Shown: positions 11,729-26,391, counted from the first letter of the stretch. The stretch: DNA of 64,000 nt from Octopus sinensis (GCF_006345805.1 NC_043001.1:9114001-9178000), one strand, 5' to 3'. Notes: a model not told the origin generated them from the sequence alone. Numbers and translations: made by a program.

Positions 11729-12718
11729 TGTGAGAGCGTGATTGAGAGAAAATAATGATTTGGTGCATTCAAACTCTGTGGTGAATATACTTGCTGAACG
11801 TGTGAAGGAGTTCAAACTTGCCTTCTATTGAAGCAAACTTTTCAATCACGTGACCAACACTGGTAGCCACATCAATTTGTTTCTTCAAATTTTTATATAA
11901 TGCATCCTATCATCGATTTGTTACGTCTCTCCTTTAGAGTAATTATCTTCTGGAAGAAAATCCGTGGATTTCACAAAAAAAAAAAGAAAAAGAAAGAAAT
12001 AAGATTCTAAAAGGAGTCCATTAAAAAGCTGACATAATAATGGGATGACGTAAGGAGACGTTGTGTACACCGCAATATCATTGTCTTGAACACTGTTTCT
12101 ATATTGGAAAACAACTGGATTTTAAGAACCGGAAAATGTTAATTTAGGAAGGAAAGATTCTAGCAAAATAGAGTTTTGAAATATACAAACAAAATCTATT
12201 TCCAATGAACGCTGGTATTAATACGTGTGCCTGTGTTGTGTATTGTTATTGATTGGTAGTATACCTGCTTATGAATGAATGTGTGTGCATATGCTAGCAT
12301 AACAAACATCTCTACGTTAGACACAGCTGGTTAGATTCTGTTTTGCTTTTACAACGACGCAGAAGTCTTATTTGAAAGATTCTATCTGTTAAAAACGTGT
12401 TGATTTATAAAGAATATTGCTACTCTGTGAGATTTCTTCCCGATACTAGTATTATTGATGTTTACAAAAATATTTGACGTGAAAGAAAAGAAAATTTCAT
12501 TCCACACTTTTATATAATTTAGAAGCTTGACCACTTCTAAGACGTTATAATTAGATTATGCAAATTTGAATAAACGCTGATCGAAATCATCCAGATTGTA
12601 ACTTTTCTAGAAAACCGACCATTGTTTAAGATCAGTTTCTCAGTAAAATGTTTAAAAAGGACATATGTACACACATATGTACATATATATACACACACAT
12701 AAACGTATATATATATAC

Positions 12719-12750
<32 letters not shown>

Positions 12751-12757
12751 ACGTAAG

Positions 12758-12980
12758 CGTGGAGGTACAATGGCCGAGTGGTTAGGGCAGTGGACTCGCG
12801 GCTATAGGATAGCGGTTTCGATTCCCAGACCGAGCATAGTGAGTGCTTATTGAGCGAAAACGCTTAAGGCTCCACGAGAATCTGGCAGGATGTGGTGGTG
12901 AACCTTGCTGTACTCTTTCACCACAACTTTATCGCATTCTTTCTTCCTGTTTCTGTTGTACCTGTATTTCAAAGGGCCAT
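12758..12980 (+). mobile_element. SINE B (B2 type), partial
   Basis: Head plus body ending CTGTATTTCAAAGGGCC, as in the copy at 42164-42539. Confidence 0.75.
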
Positions 12981-13268
12981 ATATACATGCACACACACAG
13001 ACACATATATATATACATATATGTAATAGACGCAATACATTTTTTATGTTCTGCTAATAGTTTCTTGTGTCGAGAACATCCCAAACAAAGTCTGAAACAC
13101 CGACGCAGTCATCAGGCAGAGCGCATATGGTATAGCGAAATAAAAATCGAATGAGAGGAGAAACGAGGAAAGGCGAGAATGAAGTATATAGAAAAAAGAG
13201 GAAAATCTACGAGAGAGAGAGAGAGTGTGTGTGTGTGGATTTGTGTGCATGTGTGTGTGTATGTATGG

Positions 13269-13300
<32 letters not shown>

Positions 13301-14103
13301 GAGAGAGAAGTACACAGACAGACAGACATACAGTGTCGATCAACCATATTTACTCCCAGAGTGGAGGGCACTTTTCCAAGGTGTCTCAGAGTGTGATTAA
13401 ACCAGAAACCCACATGCTTGCAAAACGATCTCCTTAATTACACAGCGATGCCAGGATATCGCATTTGCTGCCTAACAAATAACACAGCACATAGAGGAGA
13501 TGGTAACAACTTGCTACAAGGCATTTATATCTGCAGAGTAAATGGTACTCCATGCCAGCCTCTTGACCCGACTGCAATATTGAAACTGAATCAGAAATAT
13601 AAAGTTACTCTCTAGCGCTGCAAGTATTAATCGACTTTGCCGGTTGGTAACAGCCAAGGGAAAGCTTCATAAAACTCCGTTCTCATTTTCTATATATTAA
13701 TCACACTCTACATGATTCTCTTAAAGTTCTACGATTCATGTTAGCCGAACGAAAACATTCGTTAATGACTACAATTGAAATAAACTTCAGGATCTTCGAC
13801 TTGTAGCTCAAGTAACTTGCTGCAAAGAACACTAAATTAATGCCATTTTATTGGTATTGGTGCAATAGCTTTCCTGGTTATTACAATTCCATTGACATAA
13901 TTCCAATATCTGATCTGATGTCCTATTTTCTTTAGTTGCTTGTTTTTTCTTTTTTTTCTTTTGTTTTTGTTTTTTTTACATAGACATCTTTATTTCTTCA
14001 TTTATTTGCCTTCCTCTAAATTACTTATTATGTTATGAGCGGATTGCTGTTATTTTCTTATCTAATAGTTATTTGCTTTGCTGTTTGTTTATACATCTTC
14101 GTC

Positions 14104-14410
14104 CTCATCATCATCATCATCATCATCACAATCATCAGCATCATCACTATCATCATCATCACCACCATCATCATCATCATCATCATCACAATCATCAGCA
14201 TCATCACTATCATCATCATCACCACCATCATCATCATCATCATCATCATCATCACCATCAACATCATCATCATTATCATCATCATCATCATTAAAAACAT
14301 CACCATCACCACCCGCACCACCTCTACCATCACCATCATCGTCACCACTGCCACGACAACAACCACCAGTACTACCAGCATCAGCAGTCGCAGCAGTAGC
14401 AGTAGCAGCA
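14104..14410. repeat. (CAT)n/(CAC)n/(CAG)n compound microsatellite
   Basis: Seen directly; explains the poly-H/S/I/M ORFs. Confidence 0.95.
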
Positions 14411-16288
14411 TTGTCTTTTCCTCCCTTTCTTCTTGGTTTATATACATATACACATGTATACCTACATACACTCATATGTATACAGATGCGCAGATATGTA
14501 TACAGATGTTTGAGTGTGTGCGTGTAGATGGGAAGGCGGGGCCGCGTGACTGTCTGCACGTGTGCGCATGTGTGTATGTGTGTGAGTGCCTGTGGGAGTA
14601 TCGTCGTATGCACGCAGCGATTTTCACCTAAAACATAGGAAAAACTCTCGTTCTAAAACACTGAAATATAAATGTCCGTTCTAATCAAAATACGTAGAAC
14701 TATTATTTTAAATTAAGGTTTATTCATTATGCCCATCTTCACCATCTTCCTCCTCTTCTAGTTTTCGTTTCTGTTCAAAGAACTAGACAGCTTTATTCTA
14801 TTTCCATTTTTAAATTAATCAAAAATAAATTGAATGTGTTTATTTCATTATATTTACCTCAGAAAACATACTCTTTTTTTTTTAACAAAAGTCAAAATAT
14901 TGAAGAAGAAATGTATTTTTTGATGTAAAGAAAATATTCTGTACAACATTGTGTAATCCCATGAAAAATCGATTCTCTACATTGCATTATTTCTCTCTAA
15001 AAACAAAAAAACAGCATTTTGCTCTAATGACAATTAGTGAATCCAAGACTTCCCAGACATATCGAAGACGTAATTGATTAGAGCTGCTGCAATCGTATTT
15101 TATATTTATCAACATATCTTTTCACAAATTTTTTCGCCGTTATGTAATCACATTCTGGCAACAGCTCATTTTGGTTTTAGGCCAATCTTTTCTTGAAATG
15201 GATTATAGCAAAAACAATGGCATTTATTTATTTCAAATACTTAGGCCAGCCAATAGTATTTGGATTATCTGAAAACTCTCATGCTTGAAATAATAACTTA
15301 TCATTGTTTTACGTCTACTTACCATAAACTGCTTTGCTAAACTACTAGAATACGTCGGAAAGACTTCTTGTAATCATGACATGTGGTTGGGAATAAAAAA
15401 AAAAATATATATATATAAAGAAATCAATAATATAAATGTTTCCGTTCCGTTCGATTATTCATTGAAATATCAAAATTGAGATTGATGGGAAATTACTATC
15501 TTGACTTGGTAGGTGGTGGACAGCTGGAATATTACAATAAAACGAACAACCTAGGACAGTAAAATTTACATTTCCGTACATCTGGGCACAAACTCAAAAC
15601 TACGATTTAATTCAGTGCTCTATCATTTTATATGCTACTCTTTACAAGATCATGTCATAAAAACCACCAATTTGATGAAGATAGAGAACAGACGTTTATG
15701 TTTCATTAGTTTATTTTTAACATATCGCGGTCAAGTAAGTGGTCGTTTACTTTGGCCAATCGTTTTTGGCGTCTTCAATAAGAAACTGATGAGGGGTGCC
15801 ATTATATAAACGCATCAATTCATAAAATATGTCATCTTTTGGCTGAGTAGTTTAATACCTACAGAAGATTCTTTATTAGTGGCTCCATCAAATAGGTCAT
15901 CGATCAGACAAACTGTAGTCTGTTATTTCGAACCATTCTCTTGAACTATACTTAAAGTACATAAATCGACAGCAATTACGAAAAGAAGTATTTCACCCTC
16001 AAACGTTATTCAGTCTCAATGGTATTTTACACTTAAAATAACAAAATAAATTATTTATTAATTACCCTCTTTATAAGCTTTAATGATGTAGATTAGAAAA
16101 TATATACACAATATATAAGCTATGACGAAGATTCAAGTATTTTCATATATTTTATTATATGCACCTCCAACTTCTTCAATTTGTTGCATTTCACAAATAT
16201 CTTCACCTCGGTTCGTAATGGATTTGTTCAAATTTCTTCGAAATAAGCAGACGGGAGAGAAAGTTCTCTAGGAAAAAGTATTCATATA

Positions 16289-16683
16289 TCTTTATATATA
16301 AAAGAGAGGTTGTGTCTGTCTCCTTCGTTTTAGATTCCTAACTACTCCCACATTTTGCGGTGCAGTTTAACCAAAACCGGGTATCTTATAGTCGTGATTC
16401 ATATCGAGCCCTTCTGGGTATTAGCGCGCGTCTACGATGCGTCTACGATTTTAAAAACAATTTACCATCATTTTTTTCCATTTTAATGCATTTTTTTCGC
16501 TATTATATAAGGGAAGTAACTCTCTAAAAATGTCTACGATGAGTCAACGATTTTTAAAAAAATTACCATAGTTTTTTTCCATTTTTAATGCATTTTTGTG
16601 CTATTTTTTGGCTATAACTCTCTAAAAATGCTTATATAGTTATTTCCCTTACAAACCCGAGCAACGCCGGGCGATACTGCTAG
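16289..16683 (+). mobile_element. Non-autonomous Helitron
   Basis: 5' A|TCTTTATATATAAAAG and 3' hairpin CCCGAGCAACGCCGGG followed by CTAG|T. No TSD; internal tandem subrepeats. Confidence 0.8.
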
Positions 16684-16924
16684 TTATAGATACATTTCTT
16701 AGAACGTATGGCATTTCATGCCAACAGATGTGTGAAATGAGAGGTTTCTTATAACATAGAGAGCTCGAGCTCTTTAAAACGCTTCCAGTGGATCGAAATA
16801 GATAGAATATGAATTGTTAGCCTCCAGTATTATATACGCCATCATACAAATTGTATGTGATATTATCATATTTAGTATGGGAACTGATTGCAGGCCATCA
16901 CAAAAGTGAGATTCCACACCACTC

Positions 16925-17228
16925 ACATTATTTACAGTATTTACATTATTTACATTTGACAGATATTTGTCCTCATCTTGTTCGTTGTTAACAAAACGTT
17001 TCGGCTGATATTCCTCCGAGAATTCTTCAGATGTCTTGGGGAAATTTCGAATGGTTTCTCATTCCTAAGGTATTTTTCGATGTTATTTCCCCAAGCCTCC
17101 TGATGAAGGCCGGAGGGTATATCAGACGAAACATTGTGTTAACAACAAGCAATATGAAGACAGATATCCGTCAAATATAAATAATGTAAATAATGTACAT
17201 AATTCCTCATCTTTTAAACATAGAACTG
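16925..17228. repeat. Head-to-head inverted pair of Penelope-like terminal repeats with hammerhead-like cores
   Basis: Arms 16925-17045 and 17085-17200 are reverse complements. CTGATGA...GAAAC at 17100-17132 (+) and CTGAAGA...GAAAC at 17030-16998 (-). Confidence 0.65.
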
Positions 17229-18587
17229 CCTCCACATCATTCGTAGCGGTCATATGTCTGCAATAGTTGTAACACTTTAGACAAAAAATTACTTCTCTTA
17301 TTGAGACAAAATATGTACCGCGGTTCTGAAAATGTTAACAATTCTCAATTGGTCAAAATTAGTCTCCATCTTAGAATCTTATAATAAATCTAGTCAACGT
17401 AGATGACAGAGAGACATATTCTCGAAAGATGTAACAGAGCGCATGCGTGACTGACAAAATTCTTCTGTCACAATCAACCTACAAGAATTAACTCTCTTAC
17501 ACCTCACAAAGTTCGAAACTGTCAACTAATCTGTTCAAATCGCTTTCATACGTTTGTCTTTCATTCTTTATTCAAATTATCTTAAAAACTCTACGAAATC
17601 TTCCCGGAAAATCGCTGGCCATCTGCTAAATTTAGAATGAATTTTTCTTTTATATTTGTTTCTGAATTTTATTAATAGCTAATGAAGGTATGCTTGAGGA
17701 TAATGTGTTCACTTCTCAACTGCATGATCTCAGGTTCGATTCCACATTTTAGTAATCTGGACAAGTGTCATCTAACATAACTTCAAATCGGTCAAAACCC
17801 TTGTAAATGAAATTTTCGAGAGGGAAACTGAGTGAAAGCCCTGGAAGGTTGGAAGCCCTTTTTTTGGCTGGTAGACATATTTCATTGCCTCATACATCAT
17901 TACCAACTGATTCTTAAATATATATGGCGGATCCGTTTCGATGCAAGTTTTAGTGCCAGGTTTCTAGTCGGTTCAAGGATAAATTCTTTCTCTTTCTCTC
18001 ACCATCCTCGAAGACACTAATGCAATGCCATCGGTGTTATCTATCCTCCTTTCATGAAGCAATAAAACTGTAATAAAAAATAAAGTTATATTGTTCTGTA
18101 TAATTAAATAAATCATGCTTCAGTGGCGTGTGCCTCTCATTCATATTCGGAAACAGAAATAATTTCAAAATATTTTCAAGTTTCCTCGAACCAGTCGAAT
18201 AAATATATTGACATTCACCTGATTAATTTGTTGCCAGTCTGGATTCAGCGATATAAACTGGCGTGTTTATAATTATCACTCTAACTTACACTAAATTCTT
18301 CCATCTAGTTTATTTTAATATTAAACGGCTTAATTCTGCCATAAATCAACGTAGTGTGTAATAGATGACATATAATTGTCAACAATGCCTCGTTATCTAT
18401 CATAACGATACACTAATTTTCAACATTTAAGTGGTTATCATGTGACCAGTAAATATTAACGAGAACCAAATTAATGAAGAGTAAATCTATGCAAACAATT
18501 TCACTATTTACTGCAAACATAGGCAATATAAATAGTAATACGATTAGAAGGAAATCTATAGTGATTAGTTATGATGTAATATATAGA

Positions 18588-18890
18588 AGGTGGAGGCACA
18601 TGGCCTAGTGGTTAGAGCAGCAGACTCGCGGTCAAGGGATCGCGGGTTCGAATCTCAGACCGGGCGATATGTGTGTTTATGAGCGAAACACCTAAGCTCC
18701 TCGCAGCTCCGGCAGAAGGTAATGGCGAAACTTCTGCTGACTCTTTCGCCACAACTTTCTCTCGCTCTTTCCTCCTGCATTTTGCAGCTCACCTGCGACG
18801 GACCGGCGTCCCGTCCAGGTGGGAAACCTATACGCCAAGAAACCGGGAAACCGGCCCTTATGAACCCGGCATGGCTCGAGAAGGAACAAC
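18588..18890 (+). mobile_element. SINE B (B1 type, V-domain-like body), full length
   Basis: tRNA-like A/B boxes, then CTGCGACGGACCGGCGTCCCGTCCAG...AAACCGGGAAACCGG. Confidence 0.8.
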
Positions 18891-21354
18891 CACAATATAT
18901 AGAAGAGGGCTATGATATGGTTGAAACCTGAACATGAACACTTTTGAAATTCCTAATATGTACATATAAGTGTGTGTGTGTATGTATAAATGATATGTAT
19001 GTGCATGTATATATTTATGTAAGTACGGACTACGTACGTATGTATGTCACTGCGTGCTTCCGTGTATATAAGTGTGCATATGAGCTTGTGTATCCATACA
19101 TTAATTTTAATTGACTGATTTATTTCTATGAGTTATTTTATTGATTCAATAGAACATCTATCGAATGATAAATATGTATTAACAAATTATTATTATTAAT
19201 TATCCTTGACGTAATTGTTATTTATCTAAATTCGTGCAATATCAGAACGATTAAATTTCAGAACGATTAGGATTTATTTACGAGTAAATCAGAATCAACG
19301 AGAAATGGGTGCATTATATATAAACGTAATTTAAACTAACGCGAAAGGATAGGTAAACAGCCAACAGGAAAAGTAAATTAGCATTGAGGACTCTTCTTCA
19401 AAATCTGATTCTCAGAGGCTTTGTGATTTGTAAAAATTGATTCCAGTTCTTAGAGATTTTGTTAAATATTTGTATATATGGAAATTAATCACACAGCGTT
19501 TTCTCATCTTCTATTACATGAATTTAGCAATACATGAAAAGATGTGAAGAGGTTCTTTAAACTACTAAAAACTATACGAAAAATTCAACATAAAAAAAAG
19601 AAAATATATCATTTGATGTTCATAAGAGCTAACACAAATTGCATCAAATTTCCTGGAATAAGATAGTGAACGCAGCTCTAATGTCCAATACAAGGCCCCA
19701 GGCCTAAATACAATCCCGAAAAATCGATTTCATAAGCAACATGATCCTCTTGTTAATGGAAGAAAAACGAATATATTTAAATGGTGTCTGTGAATACAAG
19801 ATTCAATATGTGATAAGGTATTTCGTCTCTTTGATTTCTGCTCGGAAATCATGCGTATGGTAAATAGTAGCGCTACTAGTGTCTATGTGGAACTGTAATT
19901 GAGAAATGGTAGATTTAGTAGTAAATTCCAGTTTGTAAATTTTGTTATTGTATTTTTATTTTGTTCCAGCGTATGATGTTAGGTTGTTGTATGTTGGTGT
20001 GAACCAATGGATGCCAGTGCAAACCGTTGCGTGTGCATGAAAGTTTGCGGCATTAAATAATGTTACCTGATTCCCTTCCCCAAGAGAAAGTGTTTTATTT
20101 TTAATATTGCACTCAACATTAAAGATTTCTTAGTTTCTTTGTGTTCCTATTATTTAATAATATTAAGCATCGCAACACAGTTGTTTACAGTATTTCCTGC
20201 CGGCAGCGTTCAATATTCAAAAGTTGATATCAATTTCAAAATATGATTCCACGAAAACTATTTCTGTCTGTGTTTGCATTTATGCGCTGAGAGAACAAAG
20301 GAAGAATGCGTGCGAAGTTCGTTCGGAGCAGCTTTTATTTTAAATATGCCCTTTCCAAACATATTTAGAAGCTTTACTTTTCTTCGTACTCTTCTCGAAT
20401 AAGTTGTTGTTTTTTCTTTCTGAAGCATGGATTATGTTATTTAACTCGAAAAATTATCATTATCAAATAAAAACTTGAAAGATTAGTAATCTCTTACAAG
20501 CGGGACCTATAGAAATCCACGTTTAATAAATGTTGTTATTTCGTCACAGATTTGTAAATCTTTATTTCATTATGTTACAAATTCGGAACATATTAAAGGC
20601 GCTGAAATTGTAACAACTAAAACCTGTTTCATTATGTTAATGATTTTCATTATGTCTCTGGTGTCGTTCCATATTTAAGCTTGTTTAAAATGTAACAATC
20701 GAACCAGTTTCATTGTGTTGAAGATTTGAGTTATGTTTTCGATTTCCTTCCATAGCTTAGCGTAACGGTAGACTTCATGTTCGTGACATGCAGAATAATG
20801 TGAAATCTGTAACGGCATTCAGTTGCTTGCTTTCTCAAATCTGCATCCAAACACTTTGTAGTAAATATTTATTTCATGTAGTCTGTAATACAGAGATGCT
20901 CTCGATGTCTGAAGCAGAGTGCATTGTAACGACAATGTGTGATTAATTATTATCGATTCAAACGAGATAGAGATGTAGGTCTTCTTTGGTTAATGGCTTT
21001 CTAAATGTTAAATAGAGAGAAGCAACAGATACACATGGATACCACTGATTTTGATTATAATCTATAAATATGCATATCTGTACTATCTGAAATATTTCAT
21101 ACTGCCACATCTAAACACAGCTATATTTCATTAAATTTGGCGTTTACGTTTTCGTATATAGTATACTTGACATATTTTCGTATATAATTTGCAATTATCA
21201 AACAGTCTCTCATTCCATCAATCTATCTATTTTTGTCTGTCTGTCGCTTTAAGTACGTCGTGTCTCTAAACGATTTACTTTTATTTCATCTGAGATGTAT
21301 TTAGATTCTTTCGAAACATGAGTTAAACTCGAGTTCAGTATCCGACGTAGTACC

Positions 21355-21587
21355 TATTTCTTTACTGCCCACAAGGGGCTAAACACAGAGAGGACAAACA
21401 AGGACAGAGAAACGGATTAAGTCGATTATATCGACCCCAGTGCGTAACTGTTACTTATTTAATCGACCCCGAAAGGATGAAAGGCAAAGTCGACCTCGGC
21501 GGAATTTGAACTCAGAACGTAGCGGCAGACGAAATACTGCTAAGCATTTCGTCCGGCATGCTAACAATTCTGCCAGCGCGCCGCCTT
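21355..21587 (-). mobile_element. SINE A monomer with 12-bp TSD
   Basis: CGACGTAGTACC at 21343-21354 and 21592-21603 flanks a complete copy. Confidence 0.9.
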
Positions 21588-22134
21588 TTTTCGACGTAGT
21601 ACCGAACGATTTCTAATGTCTGTTCTTATAGAGGTCGGCTAATACTGCAAATCACGCGAGCTCAGTTCACTTCAACATTACTTAGGCCAATATTAAAAAG
21701 ATATCTTTAAGTCATTTTCTATTATGTGATTTTTATGCACCGTTTAATTCTCCTCCGCATTTCTCATGTCTGACCACTATCTAGTGACCAATCTTTGTGG
21801 CATTATACGCAACACAATATCAATTTGAACGTGTATTCGTCAACACATATATGCCTTTATCGTATTTGTGCTTGCTTATGCACGGTTCATGTTACGGTTT
21901 AACTTAATCAATGTTCGGTACGGAATCTGCAAAATTATTCACATATATTTATTTCATGGTGCATCCATGAGTGGAGAGGCGGTAGGTGCACTTGGAGTTA
22001 AGCATTGGCTTCTGGAAACAGCCCAGAAGAAAAGAGATGGTTAAGTTCATCTCTGCCACACCGTCGACCAACGAGGAAAAAGTCAAAATTTTGTGTATAT
22101 ATTTATTTGTGTACGACTGTTTATAACTGCTGTA

Positions 22135-22172
<38 letters not shown>

Positions 22173-22467
22173 TATATGTATGCGTATATATGTGTAATTA
22201 CGTCTTCCGATTCTTGGGTGTAAACAAATTTTATATTATTAAAAACTTTAAATGGCTTTTCTGGCAAATTTTTAAAATGTTGAATATTCTCTTCCTCTAC
22301 CATATTATAAAACCAAAGCAATTCACTGTATCTCGAATGCATTGCTATCTGACATTACTTCAGTCTCCATTTGAATCGGGAATTACGAATGATTCATTCG
22401 AAATTTTCGGCCCCAGCCTTTCAAAAGATGATATTAAAAAATCGCAAAAATTTAAAATAGAATTGAA

Positions 22468-23004
22468 ACTAAAATATTGGAAAATTACTATTTGTAAATC
22501 TCTCAACGAGATAGTCAACAACAGCACTTTGGAGTAAAGATTATTCGCCAACATAACATGGCAGTCCTGGTTTAGGACGAATGTCAGTGTAATTTTTCCC
22601 CCAGGAGACATCGTCACCAGCTGGCTATAAGACACGATCTGTGTCCTTATATTTTCGAACAAGAGAATCTAGCACCCCCACTCAGCTCAAAAAAATGTCT
22701 GTGTATCGCGATTTCCGAGTTATTTCCCTTCATCAGCACAAAATAATTGTTTGGCTAGAGGTGGCGCTGCCTAATTCCAGTTCGAAATATATAGTTTTCA
22801 AAGTGACAACTAGTCACTATCTATAAATTAGAAAATAACTATTTGTAAACCTCACAACCAGAGATATTCAGCAACAGTACTTTGGAGATCGTGTCGTATA
22901 GCCACCTAGAGACGATGTCTCCTGAGGCTAAATTACAGCAACATTCGTCCTAAACCAGGACTGCCATATTATGTTGGCAAATAATCATTACACTAAAATA
23001 TTGG
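22468..23004. repeat. Composite direct plus inverted repeat structure of unknown origin
   Basis: 22534-22640 is inverted at 22886-22991; 22480-22534 is repeated directly at 22831-22887; ACTAAAATATTGG occurs at both ends. Confidence 0.7.
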
Positions 23005-23683
23005 TTTCATATTCTGGCACCAGACCCAATATTTCTAGGTAGCTCGATTATATCGAGGCCCCAGTGTTCCACTGGTACATATTTTATTGACCCCGAAAGA
23101 CTGAAAAGCAAAGTCGACCTCGGTGGAATTTAAACTCAGAAATTAACGAGGGGTGAAATGCCGCCGAGCATTTTGCCCGGCACGCTAACCATTCCACCAG
23201 CTCGCTGCCTTTCTGAAATTTAAAATACTGCTCTTTTATTCTTAAATTTGCTTCCAAGGATTTCACTCGATCAAATTGACACCAGGAAATATTTCATTAA
23301 GTCGGAAGTTTCTTCCATCATCATCTTTTGGCATCCACTTATTTACGGAGACGTAAACAAGCTCAAATCTGTTGCCAAATTGAGTTTGCTCAAACACAAG
23401 TATATGCACTCGCAGACATACGTACACACACACGCTCATATACATACAGACACCCACACACATACACACATACCTGGCGAGCTGCCACACAGTTTCCGTC
23501 TATTAAATTCCTTCACAAACCATTAGTTGACCCGGAGCGATATCAAAAGACACTTGCCGCCCAAGTTGCCGTGCAGAGTAATTATGTAAATTTTCCGTAA
23601 TCTAAATACATGACTTTGGCCTACAACGAAATACATAGATATACATGCATATAGATAGATACGACGACAGACAGACAGACAGG

Positions 23684-23719
<36 letters not shown>

Positions 23720-23738
23720 AGTTAGTTAGTTAGTTAAT

Positions 23739-23827
<89 letters not shown>

Positions 23828-23849
23828 CGATCGATATATGGATAGATAG

Positions 23850-23880
<31 letters not shown>

Positions 23881-24291
23881 GATAGATAGATTAACAGATA
23901 AATAGAATATAAACTGCTCGTTCGGCGTTATCAAGCGGTTTAGCCTTACCTGTGTATATTCCATTGCTGTTCCATGTCTACTTGTTGTTATATCCCCAAT
24001 ATACTCACATAAATGGCTGAGTGTGTCATATATGTTATATTAGACTGTGGGAACAGAAATTATAATGTGAGAACGGAACAACAAAGCACACAATTACAAT
24101 TAGAAAAGTACATCATAATTTAAATTTCTAGTTTTGTTTGTTAACGTTTGAGGGTCTTGGAAAGTGGTTCAAAAACCACAATGTTAGATCAACTCTGGTG
24201 GAAAAGCTCTCTAACCAAATGTGTTATAACCAGAACCATACAATTGTTATATATATATATACACACAAAACACACACACACACATACGTAC

Positions 24292-24331
<40 letters not shown>

Positions 24332-25479
24332 ATGTATGCATGTATGTATGCATTTGTGGAGGGATACGTAAGCTTGCATTCTCGGAAACATCTTTTTTTC
24401 TGGAAAGTAGAGAGTAATTTCATGGCAATTTAACTGCAATTTCTAGCAGTTCGATCAATCTAATAGATATTCCCTGGTTGTTCATTATGCTATGGTAAAA
24501 TGACAGGTTAAATTCTTTAAAGAAAGTCATTTCCTGCAGAGCAGTTTTATGGTTTGTGTTTATCGAGCAAAACGTTTGAGGATCCACTCATCGTCATCAA
24601 CATTTTCCTGTGCTGTTAACAAAGCATCAATATGCCTCTCTCAACCTGTTCATATATTTTTATGGGGAAAAGCGTGCATCTAGAGTAAAAAAAAACAAAT
24701 ATTGTGAAAGCTATAATTTACAAGTGTTTCACATGCTTAAGTTGGATTCTTGCATAGGTCTAAGGAGGCCACTTTGTAGCTTTCCAATGCATCTTTCCTA
24801 GATTATGAATATCTCTCTTCCCTGAAAATCAATACAGATAATCACATTTTAATGGATAGCTCTGATAAGGAAACGTCTTATCGATTACATCTAAATATCA
24901 TCCTTGCTTCCGATAAATAAAATACTCGCTTGCATTTTGAGCTTATGTAACTTTTCCCCGTCAGGTGTTAATAAAAACAGAATTTGTAAGAACTAACGTT
25001 ATATTGCGATTGAGTCGCTTCATTTTACCTATAACTCCAGACATAAAGGGTTTGATACTGTTTGAAATGTAAAAAACAAAATTCAATAAAATGTATAATG
25101 AACACATCTAGCGATATTATTTTGTTAAAAATATATTTCCCCCATAAACAATTGTCGTTAATGCTTTAAATAAATTCTTCAAACCTAAGAGCAGCTTGCA
25201 TATCATGTTATGCATTTTTTATGAACTGCAGTTGTACAATATATCTCTTTAGATTTGTCTTTGATGTTAATACAGTGTATAACCTAAAACCCGCACGAAG
25301 ACACCGACCAGGTTAAAAGCTAACTTGCTAACTGGAAATATTAAATGCTTTGTTCTCTTGTGTATCATACAATAAAATATTTTTTCTCCTTCTCTGTCTT
25401 TCACTATAAGACTAACTAATCTAGCATCCTCTCCGTTCTGTCTGTCTGCTCATTTCGTTACCACCCACATCTCTCTCTC

Positions 25480-25481
25480 TT

Positions 25482-25512
<31 letters not shown>

Positions 25513-25523
25513 ATGTATGTATG

Positions 25524-25592
<69 letters not shown>

Positions 25593-26391
25593 ATCTATCT
25601 ATCTATCTATCTCACTCTTAACTATACTCTTGCTTCTGCACATGTCCACATTATATGTCCATATTTTTTATGTATTATAACCTTCCATAGTCTGCTGGTT
25701 CTCTTATATTTATCTGTTATTTGTTTATATCCGTGTGTATTTTAGTACTAAAATGTTTACCTCTTTCTATGTATATCTGTATACGGGTTGATACGTAAGT
25801 ATATGCATATATATATCGAGAACAACACAGCTGCGAGTGTATGTGTTTGTAGGGCATGTCTACATGTGTATATGTAGGTGCAAGTATGCATACATGTACA
25901 CACACACGCGCACGAAATATATATGTATATATATGTATGTATATAAATACACCTGAACATGCGCTTGTCCAAGAATGTGTGTATTTTATATATGTGTATA
26001 TATATATACACATATTGTATATGTATGCATATAAACTATTAACAGACTCACAAAAACTCACATATACATGCGTGCGTGTGTGTGTGCATAGGTGACGGTG
26101 ACTTATGTATGTAAATATGCTTGTGTAGTGTATGTGTATTTATATGTGTGTATATATATACATATATATATATATATATTATATATATATATATATATAT
26201 GCACACAACAGACGCACACACACACATATATATGTTTGTATATATATATATATATATATCTGAATGCATGTGTTAGCATTTAAATATATGTATCTGTGAA
26301 TAAGTAAATACGTGAACCTGCTTGTATGTATGAATCGGTCCATGTATTCCTATAGTTATATGTATGTGTGCATTCCTATGCGTGCATATTG

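Noticed and set aside
14035-14631. ORFs encoding poly-His/Ser/Ile/Met/Asp
   Set aside because: They are translations of the (CAT)n microsatellite, open in several frames on both strands.
15750-15812. CCAAT plus TATA-like promoter arrangement
   Set aside because: Such motifs are common by chance in AT-rich DNA, and there is no downstream exon evidence.
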